From positions 2,144,001 to 2,208,000 of the forward strand of contig OY970309.1 of NCBI GenBank assembly GCA_963716395.1: 64,000 bases of DNA, given 5' to 3'. Of the stretch, positions 40,563 through 50,100 are shown in pieces. Source of the DNA: an uncultured Fibrobacteria bacterium (GTDB lineage: Bacteria > Fibrobacterota > Fibrobacteria > UBA11236). The notes under the pieces were generated by a model that saw only the letters and a list, made by a program, of their open reading frames with translations, was not told where the DNA came from and made no database searches. The position numbers and the translations under genes were made by a program. How positions within the stretch are numbered: the first letter of the stretch is position 1; every line of letters starts with the position of its first letter.

Positions 40563-40917
40563 TTATAGTTCAAATTTATTTGTTTCGCGTCGCCGGAAGC
40601 AATTAAGGTCGAGTCCCAAATCTTTTTTATTGACAAGGATCAGAAAAGGAAGATAAACACCGCTGAATTAAGCCGTGGTGCCCCCTGGGTTCCACCTCCG
40701 GGGGCCAAGCGTGTACCTTGGCGGCGAATGGATTTTCAGCAATCAAATAGCGTTCTCAATCGCATCGATCGCTTCATGCCAGATCGCTTGATGGGCGCCT
40801 GCAAAAATCGATTCACTCGCATCGGAGCGCCGAGCGATGCGACACGCCGAAAAGGATCACTTCCGAAGTGGCGGCATTCCAGCGAACGAAATGCCGGACC
40901 GGCAAGGTGGAAAATTT

Positions 40918-42039
40918 CTAAGGCAGGGGAAGTATCGCGAGCCGGCGGCCTTGAAGATCGAAAAGTGAGCCGCGCATGTTGTACACGCCGGGCATTCCCA
41001 TCGTTCGCAGCACGCCGGGCTTTTCCATCAGTACGGTCTGAATGGAGGTGGCCGCACTTAAGGCAGTCACGACGCCATCATAGGCGGGCTTTTGCGCAAA
41101 ACTCGCGTCGAACAGCAGCGGAACCGCGGCGGCACCCAGCCACGATTGGGCGTCATCCACTCCCCACGTCATAAAGGTTTTGCAGCGGGGATGACGCAAA
41201 CACAAGCTCATCAGGGCCTGGTAATTCGCCCCTTGGGCGTTGAGATTTGCCGTGGTATTCGACGTGGAGATATCCAATTCGGTGATGGAAATGTTCATAC
41301 CCAGAGCTTCGAAACGGCTCATGTTCTGGCCGATACTCGCGGTGTCGAAACCATTTAAGCTGAAGTGGCATTGCAGGCCCACACCGGTGATGGGAACGCC
41401 GCGTTTTACCAGCCCGGAAACGAGCGTGTACAGCGCATTGGATTTGGAATTCATAGCCTCCGCGCCATAATCGTTAAAATCCAATCCCGCATTGGGATCG
41501 GCTTCATGGGCGTACACAAAGGCCGAGTCGACATAATCGGGGCCGATATTGTTATACCAAACGGAGCGACGAAGCCCATCCGATTGGCTGGCATCGATGC
41601 CTTCGTTCACCACATCCCATTCATAAATTTTGCCTTTGTAATGCCCCCCGACATTGAGAATGTGGTTTTTCATTACGCTGAGCATGGAATCGCGGGAGAC
41701 GTTGAGGTTGGCGGCGTAACCGATTTGCGAATGCCAGATGAAATTATGTCCGCGCATGGCCATGCCATGGGCGATGGCGAAATTGACGATGGCATCACCC
41801 GCTGTATAGTTAAAGTTGTTTTGCGTGGGTTCGGTGCTTTGAAATTTCAGCGCATTCTCGGCCCCGGCAGTGTTGAAATTCTGGGATAGACACGAATCAT
41901 ACTGCGCCGCATTTCCCGGAAAGGTCACGGCGGCGGCCAAATGAATACCCCGGGAAGTGGCCAGATCCCGCAGGCTCTGGGTCTGAGCGCTCACTATTCC
42001 CAGAGACAAAAACAAAAAAAGGGTGGTTTTCATACTCAT
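40918..42039 (-). CDS. Secreted GH10 endo-1,4-beta-xylanase
   Basis: Signal peptide, ENALK, RGHNFIWH, WDVVNE, GLQCH, ITELD; tail TSI...FDLQGRR. Confidence 0.93.
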   Translation of the reverse strand: MSMKTTLFLFLSLGIVSAQTQSLRDLATSRGIHLAAAVTFPGNAAQYDSCLSQNFNTAGAENALKFQSTEPTQNNFNYTAGDAIVNFAIAHGMAMRGHNFIWHSQIGYAANLNVSRDSMLSVMKNHILNVGGHYKGKIYEWDVVNEGIDASQSDGLRRSVWYNNIGPDYVDSAFVYAHEADPNAGLDFNDYGAEAMNSKSNALYTLVSGLVKRGVPITGVGLQCHFSLNGFDTASIGQNMSRFEALGMNISITELDISTSNTTANLNAQGANYQALMSLCLRHPRCKTFMTWGVDDAQSWLGAAAVPLLFDASFAQKPAYDGVVTALSAATSIQTVLMEKPGVLRTMGMPGVYNMRGSLFDLQGRRLAILPLP

Positions 42040-42349
42040 CCTCCGTACTGTTTGAGAATAGTGTGAAGGGTTCGGAAGGGGTTGGAAAAAATGTGCCGAA
42101 TGCTTTTAAAGTTTGGGGCCTCGATTATAATCCAAAGCCCGCGCGTAATTCCGATTTCCGCGTTTATTTGTCGAAACGGGCAATTCCCACCAACGCATGT
42201 CGAGGCGGGGCGGGTCGAGGGAATGTTACATGTTGAGCGGGGATTTGAAAAATCCCAAAAGGACGTCAGGTTCTCCGGATAACCCCTCGGATTACGAAAG
42301 TCTGATCCGGGACGGTGGGAATTGCTGGGTGGCTGGAATTACCCCTGCG

Positions 42350-45300
42350 TTATTCCTCCGAAATCGCGTTGATGGAATAGGCGGGGAATTTCACTTTTTC
42401 CCCTTGCCGCAGCGTGCGTTTCTCGATGGATCCGCCTTGCGCGAGATTCGCCGAATCCAACTGCCGCCAGGTTACGGCGCCTTGGAATCCGGGAATTTTC
42501 ACATCGGCCATCACCGCCGTTTTGGGATATTTATTGATGAACAACAGAGTTTTCTTTCCCGCCGGGTTGACGGTTAAATAGCAACTCGTTTGATCATCGC
42601 CGGTATTGCATTCCACCAGCCGTCCGCGCAGACTTTCGCTGGCCAATTTAAAGGCGTAATAGGAAGGGCGGGGAACATCGTCGCCATCGGGAGCCCCGGC
42701 GCGCGACAGGTACCCGTAATCTCCGCCTTGCTCGGTGATGTTGTTCTGAATATCCCAATAATCGGCCTGGGCGATATTGTACCGGGCCAGCATTCCCAAA
42801 TAGTCCGCCACGAACAGACCATTGACGAGGCTGAGAGTTTGCGGCCCAGGGTTCATGGACACGGAGTTCCATTCCGTGAGCCAGAGCTGGTAGTGCTTTC
42901 CCGGAGCCCCGTACTCCGTCAATTGATGCCGTAAGTCGGGAATGATTTCGTTCAGGCTTTGCGGGGCCGACAATAAGCCGACATCATTTTCTTCTCCGGG
43001 AGTCTGGGGATAATGGTGTACGCTCACGGCATCGGCCAAATCCCGGGTGTACTTGAAAACCTCTTGGTTCCAATCCCCTTTCAAGACCCAAACCACCGAG
43101 ACCAAAATGGAGGGATCGACGGCCTTCATGGCCTGGATGAATTCCGCGGCGCGCTTCCCGTAATCCTCTCCGGTGGTGTGGTTGGGATGCCAATCGCCAT
43201 AAAGCTCGTTGCCGATTTCCCAGTAGCGCACGTGGGCTTTCTTCTCCACGTTCACGTAATGCACCCAGTCGGCGGCTTCCTGGGGGGTGCCCGTGCCGAA
43301 GTTCACCGTAATCATCGGTTCGGTACCCGTGCGGCGGCAATACGCCAGGAATTGGTCGGTATTCACCAACCCGTTCCCATTCTTCATGACCTCTTTCCAA
43401 TGATCCACGTCGGCGCGCAACCCGCCCGGATAGCGCAAGACTTTATGGTCAATGGCCTTGACATAGCCTTCGGTTTTGGGATTCAACAAATCGCCGTCCC
43501 AAAGCGCGGCGTTGATTCCGAAAATGCCGTCGTTGATGTGCTGGGTTACGGTCTGGTTCCAATCGCCGGTCACGGTGATTTCTTTTTGGGCCAATACCGG
43601 AGCTTTCTTCACCTCGCGTTGATTGGTGAGGGAGACATCGTCGATGAGGTAGGTTCCCCGGGTGCCGTCTCCCGCGGGTTTGAAATCCAGACTCATCACA
43701 TTGTCCAAATCGAATTTTCCGTTTTGCACCGCGTCCGGCGGTTGATAATAGGCGAACTTGGTGAAATCCTTGAAGGGCAGGATGATTTCGTTCCAACCCT
43801 TGGTGCCGCCGACATTGGCGTCGAAAATCTCGTCGCCGGCGTCATTCACCTGAACCGTAACTCCCTGGTACGCCCTGTCGGTGTATAAGAAGAAACGCAG
43901 ACCCCAATACCGGCTCCAATTCCGTTGTTGCGCCGGACGGTGGTTTTTGGCGTAATCAAACATGACGTCGCACCAGTCGGCCAATTGATAATCGATCGAC
44001 AAAGACTTTTTACCATGACCCATGCCCTTGGCCGCGACGATGGAGGCCGTCACTTGGGATTTGGGCCCGTGGTCGGTCGCCCAACCCTGATCCGCCGGCC
44101 CTTCGAAATCGTGCAGCAGCACATCCGGCGCCGTCGAATGGAAAGCGGCCCAGTACGCCTCCGGATCCACGTATCCCGGGATGGAGTCGACCAGCACCAT
44201 ATCATCCACGTAGAACGAGGCGGGCTGGGTGGAGTCGACCTTGTTCTCTCCCTTGTTGACGGAAAAGCGAATCTCGTTGATTTCATCCCAGCGTACCGGG
44301 GCGGAAATCTCGGCCTTGCGATCCGCATCCCAATACAAGCCGGTGGCTCCGAAACGCTTCAAGGGGATTTGGTAATAATGCCAGGTCGTATCCACGGGGC
44401 CGAAATCACTCAACACCACCTTGGTTTGCACCTTGATGTCATTGCCTTCATTGTCCAGCAGGCCCACATAAATCTTTTGCACCCCCGGAACGCCTTTACC
44501 CCAGAAGGAAAGACCCGCCGTGCCTTGGCGCAATTCGGTTAAATCGAGGTTATGGCCTTTACCCAGGGCCAAGGTGACGCCCGAATAATCCCCATTGTCG
44601 AGATAGCAGGCCAGAATCCCCGGATCCTCCTGGGAACCGGGCTGCACCTTGACCGCGGTTTTCCCGCCGTAGACATAGGTGAAAGCGCCGGCCGGAATTT
44701 CGTCGCGGAACAGGGTATGCACGACATGTCCCTTATCGCCGCGAACCAAGGGCGGGGTGATGGTCTCTTTCTTGTCTTCCCAGTATTCCTGATGCGATTC
44801 CGGTTTCGCGGCAAATACATCGCGCAACACGAAAATATCGTCGACCCAAATCCGGAAGGCGGTGTTGTCGCCTTTTTTGATTTCAACGCGAAACTCCGCG
44901 ACGTCATCCCAATCGAAAGGATTGGGCAATTCCACCTGTTTATGGGGGTCCCAATACACACCGCGGCGGGAGAAATCGGAAAGGGGAATGCTGACCAAAC
45001 GCCACGACTTGGTAATGCCGCCATAGTTGTTCAAGGGAAGGCGCACCACGGTTTTTTTGCCGTCGCGCGTTTCTCCGTCCACCAAAGAGACCCAGGCGAT
45101 TTCGCCGCCGTGCGCGCCTTTGACCCAAAATTGCAGCGCGCCGCGGGCATAATACGGCGTCAAATCATAAGACATGTTGTAAAGGCAGACCGCTCCGCCG
45201 GAATAGTCATTCGGATCCAAATCGAATTGCAAGGAGACTTCGCTGTCATGGCCCGATTCTTCCGGGATATAAACCTTGGACGCGTCGGGATAGGAATACT

Positions 45301-45511
45301 CATACCCCCCCGCGACAAAATCATCGTCGAAGAAACGGTAGACGACGCGGGGATCGACATGCTCCTGCGTGGCGCCCGTGGCGGCCTTGGCGGGCGTCGG
45401 CAGGGGCTTGAATTGCAGGGCACATCCGGCCAAAACCAGAACGGCCAGAAGTCCGTCCCACCATGGCCCGGGCGCCTTGCCGACGCCCAATGTCCGACGA
45501 AAATTTTGCAT
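42350..45511 (-). CDS. Lipoprotein endoglucanase: two CBM30-like modules, a CBM11-like module and a GH51-like catalytic domain (Fibrobacter CelF/Cel51A-like)
   Basis: Lipobox LAGC; duplicated DYSG..FW.KG..W....IPL..F...G.YWD modules; LLHDFE..YQP..NG.FDL; LRYPGG, WEIGNE, LTEWN. Confidence 0.82.
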   Translation of the reverse strand: MQNFRRTLGVGKAPGPWWDGLLAVLVLAGCALQFKPLPTPAKAATGATQEHVDPRVVYRFFDDDFVAGGYEYSYPDASKVYIPEESGHDSEVSLQFDLDPNDYSGGAVCLYNMSYDLTPYYARGALQFWVKGAHGGEIAWVSLVDGETRDGKKTVVRLPLNNYGGITKSWRLVSIPLSDFSRRGVYWDPHKQVELPNPFDWDDVAEFRVEIKKGDNTAFRIWVDDIFVLRDVFAAKPESHQEYWEDKKETITPPLVRGDKGHVVHTLFRDEIPAGAFTYVYGGKTAVKVQPGSQEDPGILACYLDNGDYSGVTLALGKGHNLDLTELRQGTAGLSFWGKGVPGVQKIYVGLLDNEGNDIKVQTKVVLSDFGPVDTTWHYYQIPLKRFGATGLYWDADRKAEISAPVRWDEINEIRFSVNKGENKVDSTQPASFYVDDMVLVDSIPGYVDPEAYWAAFHSTAPDVLLHDFEGPADQGWATDHGPKSQVTASIVAAKGMGHGKKSLSIDYQLADWCDVMFDYAKNHRPAQQRNWSRYWGLRFFLYTDRAYQGVTVQVNDAGDEIFDANVGGTKGWNEIILPFKDFTKFAYYQPPDAVQNGKFDLDNVMSLDFKPAGDGTRGTYLIDDVSLTNQREVKKAPVLAQKEITVTGDWNQTVTQHINDGIFGINAALWDGDLLNPKTEGYVKAIDHKVLRYPGGLRADVDHWKEVMKNGNGLVNTDQFLAYCRRTGTEPMITVNFGTGTPQEAADWVHYVNVEKKAHVRYWEIGNELYGDWHPNHTTGEDYGKRAAEFIQAMKAVDPSILVSVVWVLKGDWNQEVFKYTRDLADAVSVHHYPQTPGEENDVGLLSAPQSLNEIIPDLRHQLTEYGAPGKHYQLWLTEWNSVSMNPGPQTLSLVNGLFVADYLGMLARYNIAQADYWDIQNNITEQGGDYGYLSRAGAPDGDDVPRPSYYAFKLASESLRGRLVECNTGDDQTSCYLTVNPAGKKTLLFINKYPKTAVMADVKIPGFQGAVTWRQLDSANLAQGGSIEKRTLRQGEKVKFPAYSINAISEE

Positions 45512-45532
45512 GCTCAAGCCGTGTTCCCGGGG

Positions 45533-47536
45533 TTAAAAAAGCACGTGCAGAAAGAGATCGGTTTGCAATTGGGAGAAATTCTGATCCGGCAGGTAGCCGG
45601 TGTAATCCATGGAGATGAGTCCCAGGGAAAAATCCACATAGGCCCCCGCCGCGACTTTATATTCGGCGCCGCCCGCCAGGTTGCGTTGCGTGGAAGAATG
45701 CACGGCTCCGGCGACGGTGATGTCGGTTTTGATCTGTTGGTAACCGCCCATCAGGGCCGCGCGCTTCCAGAACTTGTAATACAAACTGGCGTTGGTGAAA
45801 TCACTGGTGACCTTGCGCGCCGCGTAGGTGGTGTCGGCGGCGATTCCGGCATTGTTGGCTCCGGATTGCACCAGGCTTCCCGACAGGGTCAGCGGATTCT
45901 GCAGCCCCAGCATGGAACCGATTTCCAATTTGAGGCCGCCGCCGTATTGGGAATAATCCGTGATGGGCAGCACTTCATTCGTGCCCACGGCCACTCCGGT
46001 GACGTTCTTCAGGCTGGCGAACAGCCCTTTGATTTGCAGGCGGTTCTTCCACACGTTGACGGTGGCATCGCCGGTCAGGCCGGTGCGGTTCGGCGTCGCG
46101 GGGCCGAAGGGCATCACCAGTTGCACGGCGGTATCCAAACGCGAGGCGGCAAAGGCGGCCATCTCCCGTTGGGTCATGATGGAGTTGGAGTACGAAAGCT
46201 TTTGAAAGGGCGCCCGCGCCCAAAGATTGGTCCCCAATTCGGGTGTGAACTTGAACACGGTCCGGTACATGGCGTCGAAGGTGGTGTAGTCGCGCGAGGA
46301 AACGTTGTCGGTGCGCACCTTGGCCGAATCGTTTTCGATGTTCATGATGCGCTGGCCGATAAAGGTGGGGCTTTGCGCCAGGGCATTGTGGTAATTCGCG
46401 TCGTTGCGGATGAAGTCCACGCCCGCGCTGAAATTGAAAGCCTCCGCGAGCGCGGCATTCCCGTGGACGCGCGCCAGCAACGCCGATCCGTTCTTAGCAA
46501 ACGGCGTCGCCGACAGCGAGTCGCCGAATACCGGAAAATATTCGGGCCGGTCCTGCGAAGCGGCATATTCCGCCGAGATGCCCGCGCCCCAATTCGTCAC
46601 CCCGAGCAGCGGCGCCAATTCCAAGCCGGCGCGCCCGTCGAGAATCGAAGTGTTTTGGGCCAGCGAATCGGCGCCGGCCACATACTCGTAGGTTGAATTT
46701 TTGTCGAAGATGAGCATGGCGCTGCCGCCCAGGGAAAAGCCTTTGGGAAAAACGGCTTCGAGATTGGTGGCCGCCAAGTATTTCTCCACCGGGGATTCTT
46801 CGATCTGGTCGGTGGGAAAATCGCCGTTGGCGATATCGGTTTCCACGTTGCGCAGCCGTGAACCCATGGCGTTAATATGCAACTCTTTCAGAATGCTGTT
46901 TCCGGTGGGCGCGTCCACGCCGGCGTCGAAATTGAAATTCACGCCTTGCAAAATCCGGTCGTTATTGCCGAGGAAGACCTCGTCTTCGGCCTCTTGCCGT
47001 TGGGTCTGAAAAATCTCGGGTTCGTACAATACGGAAAGCTCCGGCGCCCACAGCGTGAGGGGACTATAGCGCTGCCGGTATTCGCCGGCATCGTAGCTGA
47101 ACATGCTTTTCACCTTGCCGTCCAGACTGAGCCAGCGGGTGAAAATGGGATTGCTGATATCGGAAAAGAAATTGCGCCAATCCTGGTGCATGCGGAAAAT
47201 CACATGCCCCTGGGTCGCGGTATTGGGCCGGGCGTGGATGTCGAAATCCACCGAAGTGAATTCGGCGGTTTCATCCGATCGCAGATCCGAAATGAGGCCC
47301 GGGCCACTGAGGGACGAATTCAAATATTCCGAACGAAACACGCCGCCGATGGAAATGCCCTCTTTGGCTTGAATGGTTTCCAGGGTTTTCATCACGGAAT
47401 CCGCCACCGAGGTGGAATCCTGGGACCAGGACGAAATCGGGGAGGCGGCGCCCACCAGCAACCCCAACAGGATCAGCCCGATCTCCCCGGAACGCGGAGC
47501 CAACGGGGCTTTGGATGCGAATCGGAATGGGATCAT
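45533..47536 (-). CDS. Outer-membrane beta-barrel protein of unknown family (barrel 2)
   Basis: GGAG RBS, signal peptide, amphipathic strands, C-terminal TDLFLHVLF. Confidence 0.75.
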   Translation of the reverse strand: MIPFRFASKAPLAPRSGEIGLILLGLLVGAASPISSWSQDSTSVADSVMKTLETIQAKEGISIGGVFRSEYLNSSLSGPGLISDLRSDETAEFTSVDFDIHARPNTATQGHVIFRMHQDWRNFFSDISNPIFTRWLSLDGKVKSMFSYDAGEYRQRYSPLTLWAPELSVLYEPEIFQTQRQEAEDEVFLGNNDRILQGVNFNFDAGVDAPTGNSILKELHINAMGSRLRNVETDIANGDFPTDQIEESPVEKYLAATNLEAVFPKGFSLGGSAMLIFDKNSTYEYVAGADSLAQNTSILDGRAGLELAPLLGVTNWGAGISAEYAASQDRPEYFPVFGDSLSATPFAKNGSALLARVHGNAALAEAFNFSAGVDFIRNDANYHNALAQSPTFIGQRIMNIENDSAKVRTDNVSSRDYTTFDAMYRTVFKFTPELGTNLWARAPFQKLSYSNSIMTQREMAAFAASRLDTAVQLVMPFGPATPNRTGLTGDATVNVWKNRLQIKGLFASLKNVTGVAVGTNEVLPITDYSQYGGGLKLEIGSMLGLQNPLTLSGSLVQSGANNAGIAADTTYAARKVTSDFTNASLYYKFWKRAALMGGYQQIKTDITVAGAVHSSTQRNLAGGAEYKVAAGAYVDFSLGLISMDYTGYLPDQNFSQLQTDLFLHVLF

Positions 47537-47547
47537 TTTTACTCCTA

Positions 47548-49911
47548 TCAAAACCACATTTTAATTTCCGCCGACATCAGCACCGCGGTCCAGTCATTGT
47601 CGGTGTAATTCACGTCTTCGTGTTTCATCCACTTCAGGCGGCCGTGCAGGCCGGCCCGGGTGACGAAGTCCCAATCAAATCCGATTCCCGTGGCGTAGTC
47701 GCGGTAATCGATGGGGACCTTGGTCACGATTCCCGTCTGGGAATTCTGCATGTAGGCCAGGTCGGACCGCCAGTTTTCATAGCCCGCCAAACCCAACAGA
47801 TAAAACTTGTCGCTCAGCGCCAGGGCCGGTTCGAAGCGGAAATAGGTGCCCCACAACAGCATGTCGCCGGGGCCGAAGGCCGCCGGTTTGAAGGTGGTGG
47901 AAACGCCGTTCAGGGAGAAGAAAGCGCTCAGGAAAAAATCATGCGCATAGCCGATTTTCGGGCCGAGATCGTAGGCGCCGTCCATGTCGAAATTAAACGT
48001 CCACTTCTGATGGTCGGGCACGTAGGGGGAGGAGGTGAAAATCGTGGTGGCATTTTTCGCCAGGGTATTCGAGTCGGCCTGGGCGGCGTTTTCGTAGGGC
48101 ACAAAACCCTCGTACATCGAGAGGTAATCGCTGCGCAGGCCGCCGGCATCGGGCCCCTCGGGGGTGCCGGATTCCTGCGTGTGGTAACTCTCATCGCCCA
48201 GCCGCTTCTGGTATTTGGAATTCAGAGACACGTCGATGAGGTCGTTTCCCCAGCGGTTATAGGAGGATTGAAAAACGCTGCTCAAATCCTGCCCGTTCAA
48301 ACGGTAGGGAAAGAAGATCAGGTCGCGCGCGGATTCGAGCTGAAAATGTTGGCCGTAATCGATGCGTAAATGCCCATACCCCACCTTGGGGGATACCGTG
48401 AGCAGAATGCCGGCCATATTTTGCGTATAGGGAGACGCTTCTCCGCGCTCAATGAATTTACCGGCGCCCAGCAGATTCGCGCCGAAGGGGAAGAAGGCAT
48501 CCACGGGCGCGGCAAAGGAAAAGGGGGAGTAGAAGCCTTTGGGAATTACGGCGACATCGGCTTGGATGGGCAGCCGGGCCGTGTTTCTCACCATCAGGTA
48601 AAGCGCCGGATGCAGGGGGGTGCGCGTCTCGGTGATGCGCGTACTCGGCGCATACTGGTACAAGGTTTGTCCCAGCGAGTCGTGCTGGGAAGAGTCTACG
48701 GTATATCCGTTGTGGAACATGGTCGTATCCACAAAATTCACGGCCAGGTCCGATTGCATTTCCCAGTGGTCTCCGATGGGCCCCTTGACGTCGATGGAAT
48801 AGGTTTGCGGCTCTTTGTAAAACCCTTTGCCGGCGGGTACGCGCACGATTTTCCCCGAATACGGATCGATGAAGACCGAATCGCCGATCTGAAAGTTCCG
48901 GATAAACAACGGATCGAGATTGATATCGCGTTCGTAGATGATGCCGACGGCATTGAGCCCCACGGTCAGCTTGCCGATGGCGTCTTGCTGGGCCAGGCGG
49001 GCATGCCACATGTGCCGGTACGAATCGCCGATGCCCAGCGACTTGGCGGGGCCGGTTTCGTCGGCATAAGCCAGGTCATTGGAAAAGTCGATGTATTCGC
49101 GTTCGAAATTATCGTAGTTCTCGAAACCCGCGAAGAGAAAATTGAAATACAGATTCGCGGGCAGGTTGATGCTTTCGAGATTGATGCCGTTAAACGCTTT
49201 CTTGTTCCAGGCGGCGCGGCCGGTTTTTGCGCCCTTGGCCATGTCGTATTCGTAGTAGCGCTCGATGGGTTGTTCGACTTCGAAGGGGAGATAATCCCAG
49301 GCGAAGATTCGGGGCTGGGATTTCCAAATGGTCAGCGGCGAGGCCTGGGTCCACATGATGTTTCCCATCTTCAGCCAGAACGAGGCGGGAACGGTGCGGA
49401 TGGCGATGCCGGCGGACATGTCTTCGTCGATGGTGGCGGTTTGATCCGATTTGTCGTGGAACGATTGCGCCTGATTAAACCCGTCTCCATTCGGATCGAT
49501 GGCATAAGAGTTGGTGAAATTGCCCGGAAACGTGTTTTGAAAACCGATTTTGGACCACAACACCACATTGCGGCCGGCCCGGGCCACCATGCCCAGCCGC
49601 AGCATGGATTCGTTTCCCTCCCAGTTCGCCTGGGCCCAACTCACGTCCTGTTCGAGAAAGGTGGGATGATCGGAAAAATCATGCTCCTGCATTTTCAACC
49701 GGGCCAGGCCCGAAAAAGAAACCGGCGACGATCCGCCGAACAGCAGGGTGGATTGCACCTTGGCTTCCAGCGAATCCAAGGTCGACTGCGTGAGGTCTTG
49801 GGAACTGGCCGGGGTGAACAGGGAAAGAAAGGCGGGAAATAAAATGGCGGCTCCCAAGAGCCGAATCCCGGACGGGGCGGGACGAAGCGCCCGCGAAGCG
49901 TGGATTTGCAT
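47548..49911 (-). CDS. Outer-membrane beta-barrel protein of unknown family (barrel 1)
   Basis: Signal peptide, aromatic-rich amphipathic strands, C-terminal LMSAEIKMWF. Confidence 0.75.
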   Translation of the reverse strand: MQIHASRALRPAPSGIRLLGAAILFPAFLSLFTPASSQDLTQSTLDSLEAKVQSTLLFGGSSPVSFSGLARLKMQEHDFSDHPTFLEQDVSWAQANWEGNESMLRLGMVARAGRNVVLWSKIGFQNTFPGNFTNSYAIDPNGDGFNQAQSFHDKSDQTATIDEDMSAGIAIRTVPASFWLKMGNIMWTQASPLTIWKSQPRIFAWDYLPFEVEQPIERYYEYDMAKGAKTGRAAWNKKAFNGINLESINLPANLYFNFLFAGFENYDNFEREYIDFSNDLAYADETGPAKSLGIGDSYRHMWHARLAQQDAIGKLTVGLNAVGIIYERDINLDPLFIRNFQIGDSVFIDPYSGKIVRVPAGKGFYKEPQTYSIDVKGPIGDHWEMQSDLAVNFVDTTMFHNGYTVDSSQHDSLGQTLYQYAPSTRITETRTPLHPALYLMVRNTARLPIQADVAVIPKGFYSPFSFAAPVDAFFPFGANLLGAGKFIERGEASPYTQNMAGILLTVSPKVGYGHLRIDYGQHFQLESARDLIFFPYRLNGQDLSSVFQSSYNRWGNDLIDVSLNSKYQKRLGDESYHTQESGTPEGPDAGGLRSDYLSMYEGFVPYENAAQADSNTLAKNATTIFTSSPYVPDHQKWTFNFDMDGAYDLGPKIGYAHDFFLSAFFSLNGVSTTFKPAAFGPGDMLLWGTYFRFEPALALSDKFYLLGLAGYENWRSDLAYMQNSQTGIVTKVPIDYRDYATGIGFDWDFVTRAGLHGRLKWMKHEDVNYTDNDWTAVLMSAEIKMWF

Positions 49912-50100
49912 TTAAGAATAATCGATCCGTGCTAGTGTGGGGTATCTCTTCTCATGGCAATTTCCGCCTGCGGCGGACCGATGAAGCGAGACACCCCCAA
50001 ATTGGTATCCGTTCTCGGCGAACGGGTTTGAATTTTTAAAAAATTAATTCCGGGGAAACGCGGCCGGTTTTGGACTCAGGCATGCTTGTGAGCAACGTTT

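Noticed and set aside
45533-49911. SusC/SusD pair
   Set aside because: No TonB box or plug motifs; the second protein ends like a barrel and has no lipobox.
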